Below are positions 41,299 to 54,712 of a stretch of 64,000 nucleotides of DNA, piece by piece (position 1 is the stretch's first letter; each line of letters begins with the position of its first letter). The notes below the pieces were generated by a model. That model was not told the origin of the DNA. It ran no database searches and saw only the letters and a list, made by a program, of their open reading frames with translations. Position numbers and translations under genes: made by a program. Location: positions 41,974,001 to 42,038,000 of the forward strand of contig NC_043015.1 of NCBI RefSeq assembly GCF_006345805.1, in the 5' to 3' direction. Source of the DNA: Octopus sinensis (lineage: Eukaryota).

Positions 41299-41694
41299 CT
41301 AGCAGTATCGCCCGGCGTTGCTCGGGTTTGTAAGGGAAATAACTATATAAGCATTTTTAGAGAGTTATAGCCAAAAAATAGCAAAAAATGCATTAAAAAT
41401 GGGGAAAAAATGAGGGTAATTTTTTTTTAAATCGTTGACTCATCGTAAACATTTTTAGAGAGTTACTTCCCTTATATAATAGCGAAAAAAATGCATTAAA
41501 AATGGGAAAAAATGATGGTAATTTTTTTTAAATCGTAGACTCATCGTAGACGCGCGCTAATACCCAGAAGGGCTCGATATGAATCACGACTATAAGATAC
41601 CCGGTTTTGGTTAAACTGCACCGCAAAATGTGGGAGTAGTTAGGGATCTAAATCGTAGGAGACAGACAGGCAACTTCACTTTTATATATAAAGA
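41299..41694 (-). mobile_element. Non-autonomous Helitron
   Basis: Minus strand begins A|TCtttatatataaaag, ends with hairpin cccgagcaacgccggg followed by CTAG|T; no TSD; internal ~110-bp tandem duplication. Confidence 0.85.
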
Positions 41695-41904
41695 TGAGTC
41701 AGCGTTTTGCACATGCATCATGGTTTTCAGAAAGATGCGTTCGCAAGCATTACCATGTTTGCGAAAAGCGAGTTCGTACCCTACATGCAATCCTTATGTC
41801 TTCAAAAGAGAATGGTTTTGTGGGTCACTGACATCTTCCTGATGTCAAATTTCCTAGAAATGTGATAAAGTCTATATAATTTCAGTATCGTGTGTGAAAT
41901 AAAT

Positions 41905-42090
41905 AATCTTTTGGGGGAGGGAGACTAGTCGATTACATCGACCCCAGTGTTTCACTGTTACTTAATTTATCGACCCCGAAAAACTGAAAGGTAAAGTCGA
42001 CCTCGTCAGAATATGAGCTCAGAATATGAGAATGGCTGACATACCGCTAAGCATTTCACCCAACGTGCTAACGATTCTGCCAGCTCGCAG
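41905..42090 (-). mobile_element. SINE family B, degenerate
   Basis: gtcgattacatcgaccccagtg...ttaatttatcgaccccgaaa. Confidence 0.78.
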
Positions 42091-42104
42091 CCTTGATGAT
42101 GATG

Positions 42105-42170
<66 letters not shown>

Positions 42171-42171
42171 T

Positions 42172-42540
42172 AATAGGTGCCCTGGGAATGATAGCACGAC
42201 TAAAACAATACCTGTTGTCATAGGTGCCCTGGGAATGATAGCAAAAGGGGCTGATTGCTACCTAACTCAGATACCAGGAAACCCAAAAATGGCAGAAATT
42301 CAAAAGATAGTGCTCATGGGAACTGCTCATATCCTACGCAAAATACTTTCTATGTAATCTCAATTTTTAAAACAAACATTTTTTTTTTTTTGACATTCAC
42401 TAGTAGAACACTAAATACAAAACCAAGTATATGGCACACTAGGCATAACAACATCACGAACTTCCAACCTGTTGTCTCTTGAGGTCTCTGGGTGAGACTT
42501 GGAGCCAACTTGTACAAATATAAAGCAAACGTCAAACATA

Positions 42541-42593
<53 letters not shown>

Positions 42594-43160
42594 TAATAAT
42601 AATAATAAATGCCTGATGCAGTACCAGGCAGTGGCTCTCATGGCTTCTGATCTTAACTGACTGGAAGTGTTATCATGTACATTGTTCGTCTTGGTATAAA
42701 AGATGGGCTACAGCAAATATTCTGCTCAATACCACAGGTTTGCTGTCAGTTGTTTGACCTTAACCAGTTGAGCATGTCCCTTAGTGGCTGACGATATGTG
42801 CATCTCTGATCACGAGCAGAAGTAGGGGGGGAGCATCATGGCCATGTGTTGAGAGGGATTCTTTGGAGTTTGAATGGTTCACCTCTGGAAACATAGGTGT
42901 TTCGTTCAACATCCTAAAGCAACCCTTATTCAGGACCGTTGAGCAGGATGGGCTACTCAACCTGAAGAAAATTCTAACTGGGCCCCACCTGCAAGGTCAT
43001 GTGTTGTTTATCTTGATATAGATCACCATGTCGCGCACATATGGTTGTGATACATGTGCCGGTGTACCTTATAATCAGACGGGAAGTCATGATGGGTATA
43101 TTGGGCTTCGTATATTTTACCCCAGTGTCACTTTGATGGCATGAACTGCTCTCTCACTCA
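42172..43160 (+). mobile_element. 5'-truncated Dong/R4-like LINE in (TAA)n: endonuclease C-terminus plus ~800-bp 3' UTR
   Basis: IGALGMIAKGADCYLTQIPGNPKMAEIQKIVLMGTAHILRKILSM* (stop 42355-42357); (TAA)n on both sides and internally at 42543-42608. Confidence 0.85.
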
Positions 43161-43600
43161 ATAATAATAATAATAATGATGATGATGATGATGAGGAGGG
43201 GAGGAGGAGGGCAGAGTGGATTATTTAACTCCCAAAGCCAAAATTATCAACTAAACAGTACTTAATTTGCGGTGCTGTCAAATAGTTAATTAATAGCAGA
43301 GAGCTTGACAGAGATTTATGTATGCAAGTAATTTTAATGTTTGCTGTTATATATAGAATTAGAGAGCTGATATTACTTTAAACGACGATTTCGGGGTTCG
43401 TCGTATACGATACTAAGCATCGCAGAAACGCGTAACGCACCATCCGATTATGTCATCAGTTGTTCATTGTGGTTTCACGTGTTGTTTGAGAGGTCAAATT
43501 TTTCACGAGATTATTTTCACAGCGAAAGGCCTTTCTACGTTACAGAGCACACGAGTGTATCCTCACTGCTCTGTGTAACTAATTTTTTTGTGTGTGGTGC

Positions 43601-43658
<58 letters not shown>

Positions 43659-43691
43659 TGTATGTATATATTATATATATATATATATATG

Positions 43692-43724
<33 letters not shown>

Positions 43725-44289
43725 TGTAAAGATTATATTATTTCCGTTATTAATAATATTAATAAGGTAATAATAAGGTGGATAGCAAGTTCAAACCATT
43801 ACAGGCACAATATAAGGTAAATTTAGAATCAGTAGGGTATACAATACCGCTTGCTAAAATCAGAGCCAAGACCCCAGAACCTCCATAAACTCACAATAAC
43901 GATACACACAAGCAATGCAATGAACGTATAAGATATAGTCTTATCTTTGCGTTGAATACATCAGTAAGTAATGCATATTTCAATATCAACTGATTTCACG
44001 CGTTGCATGACAAACATATTTCATTATCAATTGAAATATGCATTACTTAGTGAAGTATTCAACGCAAAGGTAAGCCTATTTCTCATATGTTCATTGCATT
44101 GATTGTGTGTATCTTTATCGTGAGTTTATGGTGGTTTTTGGAGCCTTGGCTCTGATATTAGCAACTGGTGCTCAATACCCTATTGTATCTAAATTTACCT
44201 TATATTGGTCCTGTAATGGTGTGAACTTGCTGGCCACCTTATTACCTTAATACTATTAATAAAATAATATTTCTTCATATATAAAGGCT

Positions 44290-44592
44290 TTGTAAGCCTA
44301 GTACTTCTTCTGTCGGACTTTTTCGCCGAACTGCTAAGTTACGGGGACGCAAACACACCAGCATCGGTTGCCAAGCGATGTTGGGGGGGGGGGCAAACAT
44401 ATACACACACATAAATAAATATATACATATATACAAAAGGCTTCTTTCAGTTTCCGTCAACTAAATCCACTCACAAGGTTTTGGGTGACCCGAGACTATA
44501 GTAGAAGGCACTTACTCAAGGTTCTATGCAGTGGGACTGAACCCGGAACCATGTGCTTGGTAAGCAAGCTAAATACCACACAGCCACTCCTG
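44290..44592 (-). mobile_element. SINE family A, 3'-truncated
   Basis: Collinear with 7660-7975. Confidence 0.85.
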
Positions 44593-44879
44593 AAATTATA
44601 AAATTATCTCATATATATATATATATATACATATAAACACACACACACATACACACACAAGTACATACGTGTACTTTTGTGTGTATGTGCGTGTGTGTGT
44701 ATGTGTGTGCGTATGTATGCGTGTGTGTGTGTGTGTGTCTGTATGTGTGGATGTATGCGCTCATACTTTTACCATATCATTGTGACCTGCAACTATCAAT
44801 AAATCATTAAGTCAACAGAATATTGCAGGAGAAATGGGCACGTGACCTGTACAGTTTACGTCATCGGAGACATTTTGAC

Positions 44880-45075
44880 ATAACTAATTGATTCTTTGAA
44901 TACAGCAGATTGTATCACATGTCTACTCCTGCGCAACCCAGAGCTGCGCCATCGTTGCTGGTTTCCGAAAAAGGAGCTTTTTGATCCGAGATTTTCAAAG
45001 TATTCCTGCAAGCAGTTTTCAAAGTGTTCTTGCTTCCATCACACAATATTTCAAGGTATATTTTTACTTCAAGTA
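44880..45075 (-). pseudogene. Possible very decayed mariner catalytic-domain fragment
   Basis: Only weak motifs (KIYLEIL, DGAA). Confidence 0.3.
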
Positions 45076-45347
45076 TAAGTATGGATTGAAGGATGGCAGA
45101 CATAGAGAAATGATTAGATAGATATACTAATAAATAAATACATACACGAATGGGTTTATAGATAGAGAGTTAAAAAGACAGATAATGGATGAATGGATAG
45201 ATAGATAGATAGATACATACATACATACATACACATACATACACATACATACATACATACATACATACATACATACATACATACATACATACATACATAC
45301 AAGTAGATAGACACGGAAAAAGAGAGGTAGACACACACACACGCACA

Positions 45348-45385
<38 letters not shown>

Positions 45386-46784
45386 CATTCATACAATTCA
45401 TACATACCTATACACACGCACTCACACACACACACAACACATACATAAATGCACACATAGAAACGAGCAAAGGGAAAACTAAATAAATAAATTACTGGAT
45501 GAATGAAAGGAACTTAAGAAAATTGTGAATAAATTTCTAACAGAAAGAAAGAGGAAAGGGTGAGAATTGAAAGATGAGAGCACGAGTGTGTTTATTGTCC
45601 GTGTGTGTGTGTGTGTAAGCGTGTATGAGTGTGAGTGCACGGATGCATGTGTGTGTGCGTGTGTGTATGTGTGTGTGTGTGTGCTTGTACGTGTTTTTTT
45701 TAAGTATTGTTTCAATTTTTCCGTCTATCTATGCATAAATACAGATGGTGAGAGGCACAGGGAAACCAGTAGAGACGAAAGATCAGATCGCCAAAGCGAG
45801 AGAGGAGGAAAAAGTCGGAGATAGACAAACAGGCAGACAGGCAGAGCGATAGAGAGAGGAAAACAGAGAATGTGATGAAGTAGAGTGCATAAATGAAAAT
45901 GGTGAGGAAGAAGGAAAATATTGTGCGTGTGGTGGGGGAGAAAAAATAAGAAAATAAGAACAAGAGAATGATATAAAACCTGCGCCGGAAAGAGAAGCTT
46001 TGGATTAGCGATTATATAGTTTTATGAAGATTTAAAGATGCACCTATTCCTTTGAGCAAACGAGCTCTCCAGTAACCGAGATGAAGCAGCTATTGAAGAC
46101 ATACGGCTTACTCTATCTCTCTATGTCTCTTCTTTTCTTTGTCTCTCTCTACCTCTCTCTCTCTCTCTCTCTATTTTTCTCTCTATTTCTCTCTCTCTCT
46201 CTCTCTCTCTCTGTATACATATTACTTTTTTCCATAGGCTGAAACAGCTGTAAGTGATTTTAAAGATTTTAATAATTTATATTAATGGTTTTTTTAAATA
46301 ATTACTTGTATTCTTATCTTATATGCATTGAATTTTATACTGTATATATGTATGTTATTATGGTTATAGTTTTGATAATTAAATAAGTCAACATTCTAAT
46401 ATCCTAATGCTGATAAACCAACTTATGTGTTTCTCCATTTTCTTATTTGTGATATAAATTAATGGTAAAATATTTCTTTACCTTCACCCATTTAATACAA
46501 GAAGTAAGTTTATTGCATCGCAATTAAAAACACTTGTGTATTAATAATTTGGGTAGTATACCAACAGTATATTGGATAAGTATTATCCCTTAGTGGGTTG
46601 GATCCACAACCCCTAACTTGACTTCGTGGTATGTGTATATATATATATGCGTGTGTGTGTGCGTGTTATTTGTGTCTTTGTGCATATGACACCCACCTGC
46701 CACCGCTTGAAAACCAGTGTTGATGTTTTTACGACCTCGGAACGTAGTGGTTATGTATGCATGCATGCATATGTACGTATATCT

Positions 46785-46828
<44 letters not shown>

Positions 46829-47032
46829 GGTTGGAATTTTAAAAAAACAAACAAACGAAGACGGGTGTGTAAACAACAAACAGATGTATAAGTTTAACGC
46901 TCGGGAAATGAGAAAGTCTACGCTCTTCAACAGAAAGGAACACAGAAATAAACAGAGAAAATATAAAATGGTTTAGTGTGGCTAGCGATCAATCATGGAG
47001 AATGTGTACATACATATATATATATATATATA

Positions 47033-47081
<49 letters not shown>

Positions 47082-47188
47082 TATATAAACACACACACGT
47101 ACACCACACATGGCAACTCGAACTTAGAAATAGTTACAGGAACACATAAAGATATTATGTATAGATAGATAAATAGATAGATACATAA

Positions 47189-47277
<89 letters not shown>

Positions 47278-47771
47278 CAGACACACAGGCATACATCTGC
47301 TACGTAGAAGGAAAAGAGTTTACAGACAGAGACAAAAAGAAATTTCCCAAATTACTGACCGCATATCACTACACATTACGAAATATCAAAACAAATATAC
47401 ATATTCGCATTTCAAAATTGTATTTTGCTTGTCAAGTGACGTGAATTGAAGTCATGTCTCACAACCAAGACTATTCCATCACGGTAACTTTTATGTCAGC
47501 CATTTTAAACGACAAAGTTATCTGCTGTTATATTCACTTCAGAAGTATCACATTATAGTATTGTATATTATATTATGTGTCAATACATTTCGTTGTCAAT
47601 GTATGATGCAGTCGCCGATAAAAGTTTTAGTGTAGCTTGAGAATAGCTTTAATAACCAGGTTGTATACGTAAGACGAAGTTTTGTTGACACGCGCCTAAG
47701 TAAGAAATCTTGATAGAAAACAGAACAAAATCTATCGAATAGTACAATATATATATATATATATATATAAT

Positions 47772-47804
<33 letters not shown>

Positions 47805-47894
47805 TATATATATGTATATATATTATATATATATATAATATATATATATATGTATACATATATATATATATTATATATTATATATTATAATATA

Positions 47895-47969
<75 letters not shown>

Positions 47970-47974
47970 TATAA

Positions 47975-48270
47975 TTTTAAAATAGGATGAAATCTTTATA
48001 AGAAATTATCAAGAAGCTAGCGTGAAAACCCTCATAAGGAAACATTATTAATTATTCCATTTAAATATATTTATTTATATTAAGGACATTACTATACATA
48101 AATGCCTCACGCTAGGGGGGACTCTTAAAGCCACAGCTACCATAACAAACACAAAGTTTTACTATCAGCAAAAATCAAACATAGTACGTTACAGCTGTTT
48201 CAGTTAAGCCCAATAACTATTATATAAATATTATTACAATCGTTTGGGGGAGGACAAAAAATATATGTAT
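47975..48270 (-). mobile_element. AT-rich insert in (TA)n, possibly a pLTR fragment with the 3' half of a hammerhead
   Basis: Minus strand agtta-ttgggct-taact-GAAA-cagctg-TA, but no CUGANGA; the same gaaacagctgta occurs on + at ~46232. Confidence 0.35.
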
Positions 48271-48904
48271 ATATCTATATATATATATATATATATATAC
48301 GATTAATGTACAAACGAAAGAACGGCGGTCAACACATTTACTGGGAATTACATGTATGGATCAAAACAGCTTGATTCAAACTCATTGGTACACCGATTTA
48401 CAAGCATGTCGCTTGTCTGCGGCCCCTGAGTAATTCAATGGCCGAAGACTAGCGACAGGCTTGAAACTCAGAGTACCAAAGTGTTGAGTCAATCGGTTAT
48501 CAACAGAGAACTTTGAATGGAGAAGATTGAAGTATACATGTTGCGTGTGTGCATGTGTGTGTGCGTGTGTGTGTGTATGCGTGTGACTGTGTGTGCACGC
48601 ACTTGCATGCAGACATATATATTTGTAGAAAGCGGATATTTTATATCCCTCTCTGTATCAAAAACAAAAGTTGAAATATGAATGTAAAAACGAGTAAATT
48701 TTTTGAAATTCTTACATTTTTCCGTGTGTCGATATAATTTATGACAGAAATATTTTTAAAATATATACAGACTCACAATAAATACTGAATGGCGACAAAA
48801 AAAAAATGGTAAATATGCAATCTGTAACGGCATTGTGTTTACAATTCCTTTTACAATAGTTGTAATGGTTATAAATAATATTTCTTCTCTACTTTCGGTA
48901 CAAG

Positions 48905-49123
48905 ACCAACATATTTGAGGGGAGGGAACGAGTTGATTACATTGAACCCAGGTATCTTATTGAGCTAACTCGAAAGGATGAAAATCGATGTAAACCATTC
49001 CGGAAAATCCTAAAGTAAAGAGACAGTGGACAAACCGTTTAGCATTTTGTCCGACGCACTGAAAATTCTGACACTCTCAACCCTATGATGATTACCATTA
49101 CGAAAAAGATATTAATAATATAC

Positions 49124-49185
<62 letters not shown>

Positions 49186-49650
49186 CTGTAGGCGAGCTGA
49201 TAGATGCTTAGCGATATTTCGACCGTCACTACGTTCTGAGTTCAAATTCTGCCGAGGTCGATTTTGCCTTTCATCCTTTCGGGGTCGATTAAATAAGTAC
49301 CAGTTACGCACTGGGGTCGATGTAAGCGACTCATCACTTCCCCACGAATTCTGACCGTGTGGCAAAATATTAAACCATTACTATTATTATTGCTATTATT
49401 GTTGTTGTTGTTGTTGTTGTTACTGTTGTTGTTGCTGTTGTTGTTGTTGTTGTTGCGAATTCAAGGCGGTGAGCTGGCTGAATTGTTAACACGCTGGACG
49501 AAATGGTTAGCGGTATTTCGCTCGTCGCTACATTCTGAGTTCAAATTTCCCTGAGGTCAACTTTGCCTTTTATCCTTTCGAGGTCGATAGAATAAATACC
49601 AGATGTACACTGGTGTCGATGTAATCGACTCATCTCCCCCACCACAAAAT
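48905..49650. mobile_element. SINE family B cluster (48905-49075 minus; 49190-49355 and 49465-49650 plus) separated by (TAT)/(GTT) tracts
   Basis: ggcgagctg...gttctgagttcaaattc...gaggtcga heads and cores. Confidence 0.82.
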
Positions 49651-50330
49651 TATAGATATGTGTGTGTGTGTGTGTGTATTTTACATACGTGCATATAATA
49701 GACACGTTGTTTCGGCATGATTTGATCTCTTCAGTGACGAATAATTCGGATACTCTGAATTATGCTGAAAATACTTGTTCCAATATAGAAATCGGTAAAC
49801 GAAATATTTGTTTATCCCTCTTGGTTTGGTCAATAGTTATTGAACCTTTAATTTGTAACCGATAATTTAAAAAAACTGTTGCATCTTATGCCACTCTTTG
49901 AAATTATTGCAGAGATTACGCTCCAGTAAAATATGTTTACTTGTTTTTGTGACATTTATGATGCAATAAAAATGATTGCCATTAGCTAATGTCTCGGCAT
50001 AAACCACCTTCATCTGTGAACGTTTGATAAGGCAATGAAATTGTAAAACACACAAACGCACGCACACACATACACAAACAAACAAATACACACGCACACG
50101 CAAACAGAAGCAAACAAATACACACTCAAATACACTTACCAGCAAGAATATATGTCCTGCCTCTAAAATACGCATTAATATATATAATTAGTAGATCTCT
50201 GATTTCTCTACCTTTACTACTACCGTAATTCAAGTGGGTTCTTCAAGTCTTTGATCTCTTCATTAGTACTTCAACTCTTCTCGGTTATCATTGACGATAA
50301 TGAAATCCAGAACCAGGTACATTAATTTAT

Positions 50331-50730
50331 AGGCGTAGGAGTGGCTGTGTGTTATGTAGCTTGCTAACCAACCACATGGTTCCAGGTTCAGCCCCACTGC
50401 GTAGCACCTTGGGAAAGTGTCTTCTACTATAGCCTCGGGCCGACCAATCCCTTGTGAGTGGATTTGGTACACAGAAACTGAAAGAAGCCGGTCGTATATA
50501 TGTATATGTATGTATGAATATGTGTGTGTGCGTGTGTGTCTGTCTGTCTGTCTGTCCCCCCAACATCGCTTGACAACCGATGCTGGTGTGTCTACGTTCC
50601 CGTAACTTAGCGGTTCTGCAAAACATACCGATAGAATAAGTACCAGGCTTACAAAGAATAAGTCCTGGGGTCGATTTGCTCGACTAAAGGCGGTGCTCTA
50701 GCATGGCCACAGTCAAATGACTGAAACTAA
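50331..50730 (+). mobile_element. SINE family A, full length
   Basis: Reverse complement of 7563-7980. Confidence 0.9.
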
Positions 50731-51344
50731 AGCCATCTCGGAAAAATACAGGGGTTGCAGAAATATGATGGAGTATCCTTCTGCTCCTAAAAAAAACTAC
50801 GAGGCATTAAGCTTTTGAGCTGTCATTGATAAAATTTCTCCATAGATTTGGAACGAGGCGAACACACAGACGCTGCTCTACCCACTGAGAACGAAAAACG
50901 CATTTCGCTTTCCTCGAGTCTGGCAATATCGAAGGAGAATGCACGAATAGTGGTTTTTCATTTGATCGCGAAAAATAGGTGAAGCTGACTGCAGTGGAAT
51001 TTGAAACCTGAACGCAAACGGTGAGGACAAAAAGTTAGAAAGTATTCACCAGCCCCAACAACATAAGGTCTCAGTCAAAGATTTTCTTGTGTGTGCGTGC
51101 GTGCAGAAGTATGTATGTAAATATCTGAGTGCGTATCTATGCGTTTGAATATGTGCGTGTGTGTGATTGTGTGATTGTGTGTATGTATGTGTGCATGTAT
51201 GTATATGTGTGTATCTGTGCGTTTGGATATATGTGTGTGTGTGTGCATGTGTGTATATGTATCTATATGTGTGTATCTATGTGTTTAAGTATATATATGT
51301 ATATATATATGTATGTATATATATGTGTATATATATATATTTAT

Positions 51345-53829
51345 AAAATAATAGTTATCGCCATACTAATATGGCATTCTTATAAAAATAAGAAAAAAGC
51401 TGTCCGTTATTAGCTCCATGAGGCCATCGCCTTATGTTAGCTATTTGATACACAAACTGTATCCATATGGATAAATTATATGGATACAGTTTGTGTATCA
51501 AATAGCTAACTTAAGGCGATGGCCTCATGGAGCTAATAAGCGGACAGCTTTTTTCTTATTTTTATAAGAATGCCATATTAGTATGGCGATAACTATTATT
51601 TTCCGGGAACGCTGCCGCTGTTCTCTTTTAGAGAGACTTAGTTATTTTAATATTCTATTATTGAAAACAAGTGGATGTATTCCACCGAAACTAGAAATAA
51701 AACCATCGAACAGAGATTGTCGGAAGCGACACTACTGGCTGGCTACGCTGCATTGAAAAGGGGCAATACCCCGAAACGCGTCTGTAGCTGCCGGTCATAG
51801 TGTGGAGCGACTGACCTCCCTTGTTCGAAGGTTATATGGATACAGTTTGTGTATCAAATAGCTAACTTAAGGCGATGGCCTCATGGAGCTAATAAGCGGA
51901 CAGCTTTTTTCTTATTTTTATAAGAATGCCATATTAGTATGGCGATAACTATTATTTTCCGGGAACGCTGCCGCTGTCTCTTTTAGAGAGACTTAGTTAT
52001 TTTAATATTTCTATTATTGAAAACAAGTGGATGTATTCCACCGAAACTAGGTAAATAAAACCATCGAACAGAGATTGTCGGAAGCGACACCTACTGGCTG
52101 GCTACGCTGCATTGAAAAGGGTCAATACCCCGAAACGCGTCTGTAGCTGCCGGTCAAGTAGTGTGGAGCGACTGAACCTCCCTTGTTCGAAGGTTATATG
52201 GATACAGTTTGTGTATCAAATAGCTAACTTAAGGCGATGGCCTCATGAAGCTAATAAGCGGACAGCTTTTTTCTTATTTTTATAAGAATGCCATATTAGT
52301 ATGGCGATAACTATTATTTTCCGGGAACGCTGCCGCTGTTCTCTTTTAGAGACTTAGTTATTTTAATATTTCTATTATTGAAAACAAGTGGATGTATTCC
52401 ACCGAAACTAGGTAAATAAAACCATCGAACAGAGATTGTCGGAAGCGACACCTACTGGCTGGCTACGCTGCATTGAAAAGGGGCAATAACCCGAAACGCG
52501 TCTGTAGCTGCCGGTCAAGTAGTGTGGAGCGACTGACCTCCCTTGTTCGAAGGTTATATGGATACAGTTTGTGTATCAAATAGCTAACTTAAGGCGATGG
52601 CCTCATGGAGCTAATAAGCGGACACTTTTTTTTCTTATTTTTATAAGAATGCCATATTAGTATGGCGATAACTTTATTTTCCGGGAACGCTGCCGCTGTT
52701 CTCTTTTAGAGAGACTTAGTTATTTTAATATTTCTATTATTGAAAACAAGTGGATGTATTCCACCGAAACTAGGTAAATAAAACCATCGAACAGAGATTG
52801 TCGGAGCGAGCGACACCTACTGCTGGCTACGCTGCATTGAAAAGGGGCAATACCCCGAAACGCGTCTGTAGCTGCCGGTCAAGTAGTGTGGAGCGACTGA
52901 CCTCCCTTGTTCGAAGGTTATATGGATACAGTTTGTGTATCAAATAGCTAACTTAAGGCGATGGCCTCATGAAGCTAATAAGCGGACAGCTTTTTTCTTA
53001 TTTTTATAAGAATGCCATATTAGTATGGCGATAACTATTATTTTCCGGGAACGCTGCCGCTGTTCTCTTTTAGAGAGACTTAGTTATTTTAATATTTCTA
53101 TTAAAAAAACAATTGTGGATGTATTCCACCGAAACTAGGTAAATAAAACCATCGAACAGAGATTGTCGGAAGCGACACCTACTGGCTGGCTACGCTGCAT
53201 TGAAAAGGGGCATACCCCGAAACGCGTCGTAGCTGCCGGTCAAGTAGTGTGGAGCGCGACTGACCTCCTCCCGTGTTCGAAGTTATATGGATACAGTTTG
53301 TGTATCAAATAGCTAACTTAAGGCGATGGCCTCATGGAGCTAATAAGCGGACAGCTTTTTTCTTATTTTTATAAGAATGCCATATTAGTATGGCGATAAC
53401 TATTATTTTCCGGGAACGCTGCCGCTGTTCTCTTTTAGAGAGACTTAGTTATTTTAATATTTCTATTATTGAAAACAAGTGGATGTATTCCACCGAAACT
53501 AGGTAAATAAAACCATCGAACAGAGATTGTCGGAAGCGACACCTACTGGCTGGCTACGCTGCATTGAAAAGGGGCAATACCCCGAACGCGTCTGTAGCTG
53601 CCGTCAAGTAGTGTGGAGCGACCTGACCTCCCTTGTTCGAAGGTTATATGGATACAGTTGTATCAAATAGCTCTAACTTAAGGCGATGGCCTCATGAAGC
53701 TAATAAGCGGACAGCTTTTTTCTTATTTTTATAAGAATGCCATATTAGTATGGCGATAACTATTACTTTCCGGGAACGCTGCCGCTGTTCTCTTTTAGAG
53801 AGACTTAGTTATTTTAATATTTCTATTAT
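51345..53829. mobile_element. Tandem array of ~361-bp hammerhead-bearing monomers (6.5 direct units, 51478-53829) preceded by a 124-bp fold-back arm (51345-51468), inserted in (TA)n
   Basis: atatggatacag recurs at 51478, 51834, 52196, 52556, 52920, 53285 and 53646. 51345-51468 is the near-exact reverse complement of 51478-51601 with a 9-nt spacer. Both flanks are TA-rich. Confidence 0.9.
51732..51800 (+). ncRNA. Minimal type I hammerhead ribozyme motif with U3-A8 core variant (first of 6 copies)
   Basis: gctgca [TTGAAAA 51753-51759] gggg-caata-cccc [GAAA 51773-51776] cgcg TC^ tgtagc. Stem I gctgca/tgtagc extends via ctggc/gccgg; stem II is 4 G-C pairs; stem III ACGCGT is palindromic; predicted GUC cleavage after 51782. 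Confidence 0.8.
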
Positions 53830-54411
53830 ATATTTATATCTTTGTATCTATGTATCTATGTATGTATGTGTGTGTGCGTGTGTGTGTGTGTGTTGTGTGT
53901 GTGTGTGTGTGTGTGTGTGTATGCGCGTACGCTTGTCTATAGGAAATATTTTCTTATATAATACTAAGATAAACATCTATACATCTATATCAGCGGTTGA
54001 ACTTCTGTAGAAATGAATGGACGATTATGAAAGCAAAGTTTTTGGGGGAATTTGTAACAATTGATCGAGCTTACTCGAAAATGATATACATAAGATACAA
54101 AGCGGGAAAGTTCCATGTTTTCCTTCTGCTGCAGTTCAACACATACAGGTTCCAAAGGAAATTTTCCCAGTTATACAAAGATTCACTATAACCCAGACGT
54201 TCGTTATTCATTTGGCATGTTTTCTAAAGTTGTTTGGTATATGTTTTGCATTGATTCTGTGAGTAAAGATTAGGATCTGAATGGACCCGAAAAGTATTCA
54301 CCGTTTCATAATATTAGGTTAATGCTTTCTGATATTGGCTGATCAGACAGACTTGCGTGGTAATTTAACCGGTTAGTAACAGTAGCCAAATTTCCTCAAA
54401 TGATACTCTGA

Positions 54412-54712
54412 GTGGAGGTACATGGCCTAGTGGTTAGAGCAGCGGACTGGCGCTCGAGGGATCGTGGGTTCAAATCTCAGACCGGGTGATGTGTGTTTAT
54501 GAGCGAAACACCTAATGTCCACGCGGCTCCGGCAAAAGGGATAATGGCCAACCTCTGCTGACTCTTTCGCCACAATTTTCTATGACTCTTTCCTCCTGCA
54601 TCTTGCAGCTCGCCTGCGACGGACCGGCGTTCCGTCCAGGTGGGGAACCTATACGCCAAGGAAACTGGGAAACCAATCCTTATGAGCCAGGCGTGGCTCG
54701 AGAAGTAACAAA
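54412..54712 (+). mobile_element. SINE family C, full length
   Basis: Collinear with 36043-36343. Confidence 0.88.
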
